IMG/VR virus record: IMGVR_UViG_3300027708_000013
Source of the DNA: a virus
Lineage: Duplodnaviria; Caudoviricetes
Direction: 5' to 3' (one strand)
DNA length: 64,000 nt
The position numbers were made by a program, and so were the translations under genes. The stretch's first letter is position 1. The number at the start of each line of letters is the position of its first letter. Below are positions 17,509 through 26,684 of this stretch, piece by piece. The notes beneath the pieces were generated by a model. That model did no database searches. It worked only from the letters and a program-made list of their open reading frames with translations, and was not told the DNA's origin.

Positions 17509-17754
17509 CTAATACAACTTTTTTGGTAAACTTTCACCGGCTAATTTTTTACGCCAGCGGTTTTTAGCAGCGGCCTTGGCCTGTTTGCGACGAGTAGTGG
17601 GTTTCACGTAGGTTTCACGTTCTTTTAATTCTCTCAGTAACCCGGATTCCAACACTTTTTTCTTGAATTTTCGTAGAGCTTTTTCAGCGTTGCCATCGTG
17701 TACCACAACAGTGCAACCAGTGAATTTATTGTATTTTGATTTTTCGTATGCCAT
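17509..17754 (-). CDS. rpsU: ribosomal protein bS21 (phage-encoded)
   Basis: VVVHDGNAEKALRKFKKKV...GLLRELKERETYVKPTTRRK; GTAAATA box at 17761-17767. Confidence 0.93.
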   Translation of the reverse strand: MAYEKSKYNKFTGCTVVVHDGNAEKALRKFKKKVLESGLLRELKERETYVKPTTRRKQAKAAAKNRWRKKLAGESLPKKLY

Positions 17755-17759
17755 AGTGT

Positions 17760-19460
17760 TTATTTACCCATTACTGTGTTGACTTGTTGAATTTCCACGT
17801 CCGACAAATCATCAACACTGTATTCTCCAGTGCTAATCTTTTCAGCCAGGTATTGAATATACGCATCGTTGTAGTTGTAGATGTCTGTGGATCGTTTGTT
17901 GATTTCTATCCATTTGACATCGTTCCATTTAAACAGTCTTGAAGGTTTAAAATCGGTTCTTAAAAACATATCACCACGACCAGGAGCATCAGGAAAACCG
18001 ACCCCAAAATCTGCTGAGGGCTGACGTGCAGGCAATGTTTGTATTATTTCTTCTACTATTTCTTCAGGTGTCAAAGACATAGAATCTTCAGGAAAAACTA
18101 CAGGATCGTCCTCTTCTGTAACCGGTACAGCAGGCATTGACGCTATGATATCCAGTTCCTGTGCCAATTCATCGGCACGAGTCATTTCGTAACTGTGTGC
18201 AGAAAACAATTGATCACGTTCTTGTTGTAATATTTCTAATCTTTGCGTAAGTGTGTCAACATGCCGAGTAAGATCTTGTTCACGTCCCAGGGTGCGTAGG
18301 CACTGGTCAGTTATCGAGTTGTGATCCTCTGTTAATTCTTGTAATGCCCGTTGTGTTAGTTCCAGTTCGCGAGTTCTTTCGTTTAATGCTTGTTCTTGAT
18401 TTTGTACAAATTCCACTAGTAATTCAGCATCACGTTGTGCCTGTTGTAGATCCTGTTCAAGACTTGACACACGTGGATCGTCCGTTGCAACAGCGGCAAC
18501 CACTGTGTGTTCTGCTGTTTCATCATCAGCATCATCTAGTACGGTGTATTTGATTTCTCGTTCCACTTCTGCGTCGGCCAATTGATGGTTGACGGTATCG
18601 AAGTCAACCACAGGTGGAGGCGGGGGCTGTACAGGTTCAAGTTGAATTTCGGGGTGTGTGTTTTTTGGTGTAATTTCATTAACTAATTCTTTTAATACAG
18701 GAGTCTTTTTATCCCACTCCAGCTGTTTTAATCCGGCAATGATCAACATCAATGCCAAGGGATCAAACACCAACACAATCAACACAATCACCCAGCGTAC
18801 TGCACGTTCTAGGCTTTCAGCACTGGTATTGTCACTGCTGATCATTGCGGCTACATATTTTAACGGTCCGACTTCAGCTTCCACTTTCCTAACTTCTGCG
18901 GCAATCGGCGCTCGCTCCTGGTTGAGAGCGGTGATCCTTTGTTGAGCCGCTGTAATGTCCTGAGAGATGCGACTACGTTCTTTCTGCTGGCTCTTTCGAA
19001 CACTACTGGATCTACTCGCCCCTTCTTCCGTAGTTGAGCGTGCCATAACTTGGTCCACAGCCTCATCCATCTGTTTGAGTTGTTTGCGATTGGCATCTAT
19101 GTTCTCCCGTTCGGTTTTGATCTTTTCATCAATGATTTCAACTTGTGCTTGTATGTTGCCTGTGGGAATAGCCTGATCTAAATGTGCTTTGGAAAGGAAT
19201 CCAAAAACACCAATGGATGTCAGCAACATTAAAAATATCAGGGCCGGAACTAGATACAGTTTGTATTGTACTCCAGCTCGTTGCCAGTTCTGATGTAACC
19301 AAACCGCTGCCATAATTTTACCAGCTTCCAAGGTTATGCCCATGACAATGATGGGAACAGTGGCGGCAGCAAATATAGCAGTCAATCCCAGTACAGAGTA
19401 ATAAGCCGAAACAGCCGAAATGGCCATGGCAATTAAGAGAGTTGTTATTCCAAGTATCAT
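17760..19460 (-). CDS. membrane-anchored coiled-coil protein of large T4-like phages
   Basis: Three N-terminal hydrophobic helices, long coiled coils, a further TM (VIVLIVLVFDPLAL), C-terminal FPDAPGRGDMFLRTD. Confidence 0.7.
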   Translation of the reverse strand: MILGITTLLIAMAISAVSAYYSVLGLTAIFAAATVPIIVMGITLEAGKIMAAVWLHQNWQRAGVQYKLYLVPALIFLMLLTSIGVFGFLSKAHLDQAIPTGNIQAQVEIIDEKIKTERENIDANRKQLKQMDEAVDQVMARSTTEEGASRSSSVRKSQQKERSRISQDITAAQQRITALNQERAPIAAEVRKVEAEVGPLKYVAAMISSDNTSAESLERAVRWVIVLIVLVFDPLALMLIIAGLKQLEWDKKTPVLKELVNEITPKNTHPEIQLEPVQPPPPPVVDFDTVNHQLADAEVEREIKYTVLDDADDETAEHTVVAAVATDDPRVSSLEQDLQQAQRDAELLVEFVQNQEQALNERTRELELTQRALQELTEDHNSITDQCLRTLGREQDLTRHVDTLTQRLEILQQERDQLFSAHSYEMTRADELAQELDIIASMPAVPVTEEDDPVVFPEDSMSLTPEEIVEEIIQTLPARQPSADFGVGFPDAPGRGDMFLRTDFKPSRLFKWNDVKWIEINKRSTDIYNYNDAYIQYLAEKISTGEYSVDDLSDVEIQQVNTVMGK

Positions 19461-19491
19461 AGTTTAATATTCGTTGAGTTTTTACTCAGTA

Positions 19492-19520
19492 AGTATACTT
19501 GGAATTTTAGGTGAGGTCAA
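19492..19520 (-). promoter_or_regulatory. sigma70-type promoter TTGACC-N17-TATACT
   Basis: Consensus-like hexamers with a 17-bp spacer. Confidence 0.7.
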
Positions 19521-19529
19521 TACGTTTGG

Positions 19530-20642
19530 TTAGTTAACTTTGATCACTGCAAAATTGATTACCAAAGTATCACTTGCATTGGCGCCGGATCCAGTACTGT
19601 CGGCATTATTGATACTAATATCAAAACTTCCACTGGAACTTATATTGTTAACCGAAACACTGTAAGAAACCGTCGCTCCATTGGCAACACTGACCATAAC
19701 TATATCCTTGGCACTGGTAATGTAACTGTTGTTCACTGTAAACTTGACACTGGCACCTTTTGCTATTTGTGTGCTACTTGTAGTAATTTGTCCTGTGCGA
19801 CCATTGCATGTAACTGCTGTGGTCTTGTTTGTCAGCTGTGTTGCTGTGGCATTGTTCTGTGTTTGATCGTAGCGAATGTTACCAGTTACTGTAAGTCCTG
19901 TGTTGTCAATTGATGCCACTTGTGTAATTGTATTTGATCCAATTGGTGTGGTCCATAATGCAATATTACTGCCTTGGTTGGTACTGGTTTGTACTTCTGT
20001 AGCGTACATCTCAATTCGAGTTGTTGACACAGTGGGCCAGCCGCTGGCATTATAAGGAGTAGATCCATATCGTGTTACTAATGTATTTGATTGTACAGCA
20101 GTTGGCGCACCAGCAGTACCATTGTATCGTCGTCCGCCAAAGAAAGCATAGGCATTAGCACCGTCATTATATAATCTCGATGGTGTTGATGGTTGCCCGG
20201 TTATGTGTAACATGACACCAACGTTTTGAGGAGAAACAACAGCTTTGTTGGGTGTGCCAATAATATCAATCCCGCTATCGGTTGCATTTTGAACCGGTAC
20301 GTAGAAATTTATAGTACCGTTGGTCAAACTGTCAATTAATGGGGTTCCGTCAGTTTGTGTAACAAACAATTCACCAATGATCTTGACATTACCTGTACCA
20401 TTGGTAATTAAGTTAATATCTTCATTGGCATTCAATGAAGATATATTTCCGCCTGTTACATATAAATTACCAATGTTGGCACTCAATGTTGTAAATAAAA
20501 TAGATGTGCCGCCTGGGGTGCGGCCGTCGCTTACACGTAGACTTTTTATAGTCTCGTCGTAAAATATACGACCTTTTTCTCCGACGTAAGTGGATCCAGT
20601 TGTTTTTTTTACTCTGCTAGTAAAAAACTTTTGTATTGTCAC
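19530..20642 (-). CDS. putative tail fibre / virion structural protein
   Basis: YVGEKGRIFYD N-terminal motif; T/N/G/S-rich beta-type sequence. Confidence 0.55.
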   Translation of the reverse strand: MTIQKFFTSRVKKTTGSTYVGEKGRIFYDETIKSLRVSDGRTPGGTSILFTTLSANIGNLYVTGGNISSLNANEDINLITNGTGNVKIIGELFVTQTDGTPLIDSLTNGTINFYVPVQNATDSGIDIIGTPNKAVVSPQNVGVMLHITGQPSTPSRLYNDGANAYAFFGGRRYNGTAGAPTAVQSNTLVTRYGSTPYNASGWPTVSTTRIEMYATEVQTSTNQGSNIALWTTPIGSNTITQVASIDNTGLTVTGNIRYDQTQNNATATQLTNKTTAVTCNGRTGQITTSSTQIAKGASVKFTVNNSYITSAKDIVMVSVANGATVSYSVSVNNISSSGSFDISINNADSTGSGANASDTLVINFAVIKVN

Positions 20643-20647
20643 CGAAT

Positions 20648-21028
20648 TTACCCTTCAAAAGGTTCGTCTTCGTCTGCAGCCACGATGGTAAATGTGGGAA
20701 TACCAGCGTTCTGTTTAATTATGTCAAGTTCATCAGGTTGGCCAGATACTTCGCCGTTGGGTTCGCAACCACAAGGATCACAGCCACAACTTGTACAAGC
20801 ACCTTCAACACCGGCTAACTTTTTCATCAAGTCCAGTTTTTGTTGCAGTGGTGCCACCATTGAACGTGTATTGATTACTTCCTTGTTTTCACCATTACCA
20901 GGTTCAACAGTGTGTAATTGTGCCGACTGGTCCTGATGTGGAACTTGCTGTGCAATGTCTTGAGGGCTGTCGGATTCAGCTCCGTCTACTACATCGGCTA
21001 GTCGGCGTAAAATTTCTGCTATGTTCAT
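20648..21028 (-). CDS. hypothetical protein (MNIAEIL leader, CTSCGCDPCGC Cys cluster)
   Basis: ORF track; SD AAGGA. Confidence 0.7.
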   Translation of the reverse strand: MNIAEILRRLADVVDGAESDSPQDIAQQVPHQDQSAQLHTVEPGNGENKEVINTRSMVAPLQQKLDLMKKLAGVEGACTSCGCDPCGCEPNGEVSGQPDELDIIKQNAGIPTFTIVAADEDEPFEG

Positions 21029-21037
21029 TGTTGTCCT

Positions 21038-21352
21038 TTAAACTGCGATGTACCGTTGACCATCACCTACAAATCCTCTAGAGTTGACAGTGCCGATTTG
21101 TGTAACTGTGATTGCTGTTGCCACACCGCCTACAGGGGCAACAGATAAAAATCCACCAATGTTACCATTGGTGATCATGTTGATATCAGTTGGACGATTT
21201 GCGGCTATCATTGGACCAACGTTGGCAGTGGTGCTGGCCAAAGCACTGATGGCATAATAACAAGCATTATTGGCCACCACTTTGACACGAGTGCTGGTAA
21301 TGACCGCGGTATTTGCCACAGTTGTTGTTTGAAATGTATATGATGTTGCCAT
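21038..21352 (-). CDS. small A/T/V-rich putative virion protein
   Basis: Own late promoter TATAAATA at 21377-21384 and SD AAGGA. Confidence 0.6.
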   Translation of the reverse strand: MATSYTFQTTTVANTAVITSTRVKVVANNACYYAISALASTTANVGPMIAANRPTDINMITNGNIGGFLSVAPVGGVATAITVTQIGTVNSRGFVGDGQRYIAV

Positions 21353-21376
21353 GCTAAAATTCCTTAATTATAGTGT

Positions 21377-21384
21377 TATTTATA
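21377..21384 (-). promoter_or_regulatory. T4-type late promoter TATAAATA
   Basis: Exact consensus immediately after a terminator. Confidence 0.7.
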
Positions 21385-21385
21385 C

Positions 21386-21418
21386 AAAAAAGAAAAACCC
21401 ACTTGAGGAAAGTGGGTT
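21386..21418 (-). terminator. rho-independent terminator
   Basis: Stem aacccactt/aagtgggtt followed by a U-rich tract on the minus strand. Confidence 0.75.
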
Positions 21419-21437
21419 CCTGATGGCACACCCGGGG

Positions 21438-21620
21438 TTATTTCAGCTTCATTACATGTTCAAGTATGGCCCGCACATCGGGAAAACCTTGAGTTTCTTT
21501 CGTGGCCACCACAGATTCAATCATGTCCTCTTGTATTTCGTGCAGTCCTGCCACAAACGCACCAATTTGATCTCGGGTCAGTGTCATACGCAATACATTG
21601 TATCGTTTATTTTCTTCCAT
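21438..21620 (-). CDS. hypothetical protein
   Basis: ORF track; overlaps the upstream stop codon. Confidence 0.6.
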   Translation of the reverse strand: MEENKRYNVLRMTLTRDQIGAFVAGLHEIQEDMIESVVATKETQGFPDVRAILEHVMKLK

Positions 21621-21964
21621 TATACTATTACCCTTTGCTCTTGTCCCAGTCTGTTGCTGTAAATTTTAATACCGCGGTGTCGAACCAGCTCGGCCGAGCC
21701 CTGCGGGTCGTTATGAAACATTTCTTTAACATCTTCTTCAGTAATACCCGATTCCACATCTAAGAAGTAGATTTCGTAATTGCGGTGTTCATTGGCACGA
21801 GCCCGTGCCATCAAGCCCCACATTATTCTTTGAACTGAGTGGCCGGGAGTTTTATCTTGCAATATGCCCCATATGCTTTCTTGTTCAACATGAGTGACAT
21901 TGAGCACTGACTCGATGCCCATGCAGTCCCAACTCAGTATGAATCGATTGGCACCGTCGCTCAT
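21620..21964 (-). CDS. hypothetical protein
   Basis: ORF track; ATGA coupling with the upstream gene. Confidence 0.7.
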   Translation of the reverse strand: MSDGANRFILSWDCMGIESVLNVTHVEQESIWGILQDKTPGHSVQRIMWGLMARARANEHRNYEIYFLDVESGITEEDVKEMFHNDPQGSAELVRHRGIKIYSNRLGQEQRVIV

Positions 21965-22281
21965 ACTGTATATTCTTCACCAGTTAAAACATCCACCACT
22001 CGGGCTCCGGCTCCAAAAGCCGCCCGCATTTCAAATAATTCTTCTGCACTTGGTGCTCGACGATTTTTGCGATACTGTTCAATTGCAATACGGTCTTCCT
22101 CTACACGTTGTTCAACACTGTTGCGTAGTTCTTGAGCAGTGATCCAACCAGCATCCACAAAATTCTGCAACATGTCTTCAAACGGGATTCTATCGTTACT
22201 GTTCCAGCGAATCACTGCACCTGTTGCTGAATTGGTTTCGTCAATGTAAAATTGTGATTTGTATTTTGCATCTATCATCAT
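21961..22281 (-). CDS. hypothetical early protein
   Basis: Start moved to MMIDAK after SD AAGGAG within a promoter cassette. Confidence 0.7.
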   Translation of the reverse strand: MMIDAKYKSQFYIDETNSATGAVIRWNSNDRIPFEDMLQNFVDAGWITAQELRNSVEQRVEEDRIAIEQYRKNRRAPSAEELFEMRAAFGAGARVVDVLTGEEYTV

Positions 22282-22308
22282 CAGCTCCTTTTGTTTAACT
22301 ATACAACT

Positions 22309-22337
22309 ATTATAAACGATACGGAATTCTGGGTCAA
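22309..22337 (-). promoter_or_regulatory. early promoter cassette TTGACC-N17-TATAAT
   Basis: Very similar to 63345-63373 (shared GTTTGGTTGACCCAGAATTC). Confidence 0.85.
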
Positions 22338-22345
22338 CCAAACTG

Positions 22346-22570
22346 TCAATTGCGATCCACAGGCAAACACTGGTAATCACGCTGATATTTTAGTTGAATA
22401 TCAACTACTTGCGTCAATTGTGGCGTTGTTGCAACACCCGGAGGGATGGTTTTTGCTGTGTAAATTGCTCGAACAGCAGATTCACAGGCAGATTTTGTGG
22501 GATATGTGCCCAGCAGGGCTGGATTACTGCCTACTGTCACTGCGATAAAGATCAATGCGTACATTAACAA
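22346..22570 (-). CDS. small secreted/membrane protein
   Basis: Hydrophobic N-terminus and two Cys. Confidence 0.55.
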   Translation of the reverse strand: MLMYALIFIAVTVGSNPALLGTYPTKSACESAVRAIYTAKTIPPGVATTPQLTQVVDIQLKYQRDYQCLPVDRN

Positions 22571-22788
22571 CCTCCTGTGATACGGTCAAAAATTTGTTGT
22601 TGTAAAACAGCAACATCTTCATTGCTGACATAAAAATCGGTAGTGGGGTCGTAATACTCGCCAGCTTTGGGGTCGTAGTATAGCACAGCACCACTGGGAT
22701 AATGAAACGGACCTTCTAAATCTTTGCGTGGTTGCCATTTGGCATCGTGTTGGAAAACAGTATAGGCCATGTTATTCCTCCGCATCAA
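22564..22788 (-). CDS. hypothetical protein
   Basis: ORF track; LEGPFHY...YYDPKAGEYYDPTTDFY pattern seen in small phage proteins. Confidence 0.7.
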   Translation of the reverse strand: MMRRNNMAYTVFQHDAKWQPRKDLEGPFHYPSGAVLYYDPKAGEYYDPTTDFYVSNEDVAVLQQQIFDRITGGC

Positions 22789-22975
22789 CTACTAATTCCA
22801 TGTCAACTACTAATTCCACGACATCGTACCAGCAACACCCGCCGTCGTCTTTGTTCAAAGCCTCAAGAACTTTTAATTCATTCTTGGCCTTGAATTCGCT
22901 AGCAAATGCTTTGACTACTTCGTAACGAGAAGTGTATTCTGTTTCGTCACCTTCTACCACGCACCATAATATCAT
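22772..22975 (-). CDS. hypothetical acidic protein
   Basis: ATG 22975 after SD GGGAG. Confidence 0.6.
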   Translation of the reverse strand: MILWCVVEGDETEYTSRYEVVKAFASEFKAKNELKVLEALNKDDGGCCWYDVVELVVDMELVVDAEE

Positions 22976-23004
22976 ATCAACTCCCAAATTGTTACAATAC
23001 TAGT

Positions 23005-23033
23005 ATTATAACAAATGGGCAATTATGGGTCAA
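23005..23033 (-). promoter_or_regulatory. early promoter cassette TTGACC-N17-TATAAT
   Basis: Shares GCGGTTGACCCATAATTG core with 62871-62899 (CGGTTGACCCATAATTG). Confidence 0.85.
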
Positions 23034-23039
23034 CCGCAA

Positions 23040-23261
23040 TTAATGTAGAGTTTGATCGTTGTAAACATTGCTGATGTCAGTGATACCAAATACTTTTAAA
23101 ATTCTAGCAATGTTTTTTGGAGTTTTGAAAGGTACGCTTTCTGGTAAGAATACAGACTTTAGTTCACCGTCGGGTCCTAGTATAAAACCGTAGTCGTCGT
23201 CTGAAATTTCGGTGTCGTATACATCATCTTGATTGACGTCCTGCTGTGCTGTTTTGCTCAT
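23040..23261 (-). CDS. hypothetical protein
   Basis: MSKTAQQ start; acidic N-terminus. Confidence 0.65.
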   Translation of the reverse strand: MSKTAQQDVNQDDVYDTEISDDDYGFILGPDGELKSVFLPESVPFKTPKNIARILKVFGITDISNVYNDQTLH

Positions 23262-23898
23262 TGTATTGACCCTCGAGTATCTTATAATATTTAACACTTT
23301 GTTTTTTTAATTTACTTACTATAGAATGATGTGTACCGAATGCATCACAGTAATTAGTATACATAACAGTGGAGTCTAATGCAAGACTTTTTCCTGATCT
23401 TAACACATGGGCTTGTTCGGCTGCTATGGTAAATGCGTAGGCATCAACTTCGTCTCCGTGTCCGAGATACTCTTGTAGATCCCGGGCATCACTGTCTTGA
23501 CAGGTACTGCGAAAACTTTTACCAGGACGAAAATCTCTGTCGCGGTGTTGATGCAGGTGTACATACTCGTGTCCCAGTACCGAGGCCACATCAAAGCACA
23601 ATTGATTCCATCGAGTGCGAGTCAAGGACCCGCCCATGACAAAATGTTTTTTCTTTTTAAAATAGGCCAACTCAATTTCTATCGGACGGTATCCCCATTG
23701 GTCATCGCCGTAGTCGTACAAGCCCGACACTGTGATGGAATTCAAGGCACAGTTGATGGTTAGGTTTGTTAAAAAAACAACGTCCCGGTAAGGGACGTTT
23801 CGTTCGATCAATCGTGTTATGGCCGCTGGAGTGAACTCGCGGCCTTTGTTTGTATCATACAGTGCTTCCAGTCGATCCAACAGTTGAAAATAGTTCAT
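23224..23898 (-). CDS. HExxH zincin-like putative metalloprotein
   Basis: LGHEYVH and downstream DEVDAYA (third ligand Glu). Confidence 0.55.
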   Translation of the reverse strand: MNYFQLLDRLEALYDTNKGREFTPAAITRLIERNVPYRDVVFLTNLTINCALNSITVSGLYDYGDDQWGYRPIEIELAYFKKKKHFVMGGSLTRTRWNQLCFDVASVLGHEYVHLHQHRDRDFRPGKSFRSTCQDSDARDLQEYLGHGDEVDAYAFTIAAEQAHVLRSGKSLALDSTVMYTNYCDAFGTHHSIVSKLKKQSVKYYKILEGQYNEQNSTAGRQSR

Positions 23899-24578
23899 TA
23901 GTGTCTATCAGTGTAAAATGTGTGTCCACCAATTCTAGCAATCCATGTCATGGTGTTGCTCCATACCGGTCTTAACCCATTGCTGTGAAAGTACAGTGCA
24001 TTGTTATATTTAAGTCTATAATCTTCGTAACCGTTATTTAACAACTCTCGGGCCACACGGCGGCTTTCTTCCCAGGCTGGATTTGTTGCACGTGGTACTC
24101 GTACAAATGCACACACCCACGAAAACTGGCACACCGGTACATGGTTGATCACTGTGTGAGTTTTTGTAATCGATTCAGGTCTGCCAAACCATCCCACATG
24201 TACTATTTCTGTTTCTTTAATCACTGTGCTGCGAACTGTTACTGTGCGTTGTTTTACCACTGCACAGATTGTTTTACCAAATCTGCCATCGTGTACACGA
24301 TTGATAGTAACTATGCCCACTGCCACTTTGCCTTCTTCACTTTCAGCGCCGGCTTCAAAATAAATGTTTCTAGTTAAACATTCTTCATCTTGTGCGGTTA
24401 TTGGAAATGTGACCCAGGGCTGGGTCAATGTGCGGACTAGAGATTCAATTTGATCGCGTCCTTGATTGATGAAACTGCTTGCCACTGTTATTTCTTTTGC
24501 TTCTATTTCTTCTGCATGACCGAGTGCCATTACGGTCAGGGCTAATACTGCAACGATGATATTTGCTATCGTTCTCAT
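23898..24578 (-). CDS. sleB: SleB/CwlJ-family cell wall hydrolase with signal peptide
   Basis: CLTRNIYFEAGAES..G..AVG.V..NRV, CQFSW, ALYFH, RIGGHTFY. Confidence 0.88.
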   Translation of the reverse strand: MRTIANIIVAVLALTVMALGHAEEIEAKEITVASSFINQGRDQIESLVRTLTQPWVTFPITAQDEECLTRNIYFEAGAESEEGKVAVGIVTINRVHDGRFGKTICAVVKQRTVTVRSTVIKETEIVHVGWFGRPESITKTHTVINHVPVCQFSWVCAFVRVPRATNPAWEESRRVARELLNNGYEDYRLKYNNALYFHSNGLRPVWSNTMTWIARIGGHTFYTDRH

Positions 24579-24674
24579 AAAGTCCTCCTTTGGTTGTCGC
24601 CTTTTAAAGGGCGTATGTTTATATAACTTTTTAAAATCAGAGTAATAGACTACTATAACTGATTATAACAGTAT

Positions 24675-24703
24675 ATTATACGTGGTTTTTTGGGTTCGAG
24701 CAA
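24675..24703 (-). promoter_or_regulatory. sigma70-type promoter TTGCTC-N17-TATAAT
   Basis: Perfect -10 box, partial -35 box. Confidence 0.5.
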
Positions 24704-24718
24704 GGTAATATGGAGATA

Positions 24719-26632
24719 TTACGCCAACGAATCACCTATGGCACGGCGGGCATCTGCCAGGGCCTGTTGTGCAGACGTCAAGTTGGTGACAGCAGTTTGA
24801 ATGGCTGTGGCATCGCCCCGCTGTGTGGCTTGGTCCACTGCGGCCTGTGCTGATGCTGTTGCGGCCTGCAAAACAGGTAGCTGGCTGGTGTTGGCATCTG
24901 CCAGGGCCTGTGTGGCATTGGCTTGACTTGCCACTGGTTTACCAACCTTGGAACTTCTGGCAATGTTACGACCTTCCATCAAGCTGGCCTGTATGGCGTC
25001 ACCAGTGAGACTGGCAGTGGCTGTGCCGGCCAATAGTTTATTGTAGCCCACTTGTAAGGTGTCAACTCCCATTGAGCCTAGACTGGTACCAAAACTTAAA
25101 AATGGCATTACACTGTTGCCAAGATTGACTACTGATGTTGACAGTGTCTTACCGGCCAATGACAAGTTGCTGACTTCAGTTGACAGTTTACTCAAGGCTC
25201 CTGCTGTGGCTTGGTTACCCACATCATATGCCGACTGTAAGGCTGTGTTTACCAAGGCCTGACTGTTGAGTGAGGCTATGGCAGTGTCAAGGTTGGCCCG
25301 GGCTGTGGCCACTGCTGGATCAGTACCAGGACTGCCACTGGCGGCAATGGCTGCATTTAACAACACAGTTTTGGCCTGTACATCTTGCCCATAGGAACTG
25401 TTTTGCACTGCAGCCACACTGGCGTTGATATTTTTAAATGCATCCGTGTGTGTGATGCCGGCCACAGATCCAATCATGTCGCCCAGGGTGGGATTGCCAA
25501 ATGGTCCCGAACCCGTGCCCAAGAATGGGGCCAGGGCTGTGTTGACGCTGGTGGGAATCAATGCTGTAAGACTTTCAAGATACTGTAGACTTTTGGTTTC
25601 AATACCGGCAATGAAATCGCCCATTTTAAAATTGTCGGCCTGTACTCCAAGATTAATCAACGTGTTGCCCAATTGTCCCAGTCCGGCAATACCAGCATTG
25701 GCTATGCCCATGGCGGCCAAGGCCTGTGGTGGTAGGAATTTTTCTACTTGCAACAGCTGGCTTAAATTTTGCACCGACTGTACCAGTTTTACTCCTGTGG
25801 CTTCTTGTATTTTTTTAAGATCGTCGCCTTGCACCAGAGCCAACGATGCTGTCAACACAGATTCAGGAACGGAAGTTAAATCCATGGGATCATATCCCTG
25901 TGCTGAAATTGCGTCATTGATGCCGTAACGATCTGCCAGTCCTTTCTCCTGCAGGCTGGCCACTAGACTACGACTGCTGGCTATTTTACCTAGATTTTTA
26001 AAATCAAACAAGGTGCCAAAATTTTGCAGGCCACTGCCCACACTTTTAAGACCGTCACCAACAAAACTACTAGCAGCCGCAGATGGATTCACAGCGGCCA
26101 ATGCAGTGGCTGGACTGATTGTACCCAAAGTGCTGTTTTTGGCCGCTGCGGCCACTCCTGAGATTCCAGTTTGCAGTGAAGGCATAATGGCTCCAACTCC
26201 GCTGGTCAACATGCCAGTGTAATTGTTGATGCCAATGCCAAGGTCTCCAAAACTTTTACCGCTGAACTCTTGCAGTGCCGCTGAATATTCGGCTGCGGCC
26301 GATCCAAACACACTGGCACTGCCAAATGTGTCAAGGAAATTTTTGTTGCCCATGAGTGTTCCGGCGCCGGGCAGTATACCTTGTGCCTGTGTCAGCACAC
26401 TGGCGCCGGTGGTGCTGGAGTTGCCCAGGAACGAGGGAAGACTGGCCAGTGTGGCACTGAGTCCCGGAACAGTATTGGCCCCTGAAGTGTAAGGAGTCAA
26501 TGCTGAAAATCCTGAAATCATGGGATTACTGTTTAATCCAGAGATAGCCGAGGTCATGTCTGTATTGATACCAAAACCATCTCCCGACATGATGCCGGTT
26601 ACTGCAATTAAATTTGTTGGGGTCAGTGCCAT
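24719..26632 (-). CDS. A/G/S-rich 637-aa putative virion (baseplate/tail) protein
   Basis: Long low-complexity helical ORF after the PAAR gene; TTAAATA box at 26654-26660. Confidence 0.55.
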   Translation of the reverse strand: MALTPTNLIAVTGIMSGDGFGINTDMTSAISGLNSNPMISGFSALTPYTSGANTVPGLSATLASLPSFLGNSSTTGASVLTQAQGILPGAGTLMGNKNFLDTFGSASVFGSAAAEYSAALQEFSGKSFGDLGIGINNYTGMLTSGVGAIMPSLQTGISGVAAAAKNSTLGTISPATALAAVNPSAAASSFVGDGLKSVGSGLQNFGTLFDFKNLGKIASSRSLVASLQEKGLADRYGINDAISAQGYDPMDLTSVPESVLTASLALVQGDDLKKIQEATGVKLVQSVQNLSQLLQVEKFLPPQALAAMGIANAGIAGLGQLGNTLINLGVQADNFKMGDFIAGIETKSLQYLESLTALIPTSVNTALAPFLGTGSGPFGNPTLGDMIGSVAGITHTDAFKNINASVAAVQNSSYGQDVQAKTVLLNAAIAASGSPGTDPAVATARANLDTAIASLNSQALVNTALQSAYDVGNQATAGALSKLSTEVSNLSLAGKTLSTSVVNLGNSVMPFLSFGTSLGSMGVDTLQVGYNKLLAGTATASLTGDAIQASLMEGRNIARSSKVGKPVASQANATQALADANTSQLPVLQAATASAQAAVDQATQRGDATAIQTAVTNLTSAQQALADARRAIGDSLA

Positions 26633-26684
26633 AGAAATATACCTTTATGTGTATATTTAATCTTTTTGATTAACTGCTGTTATT

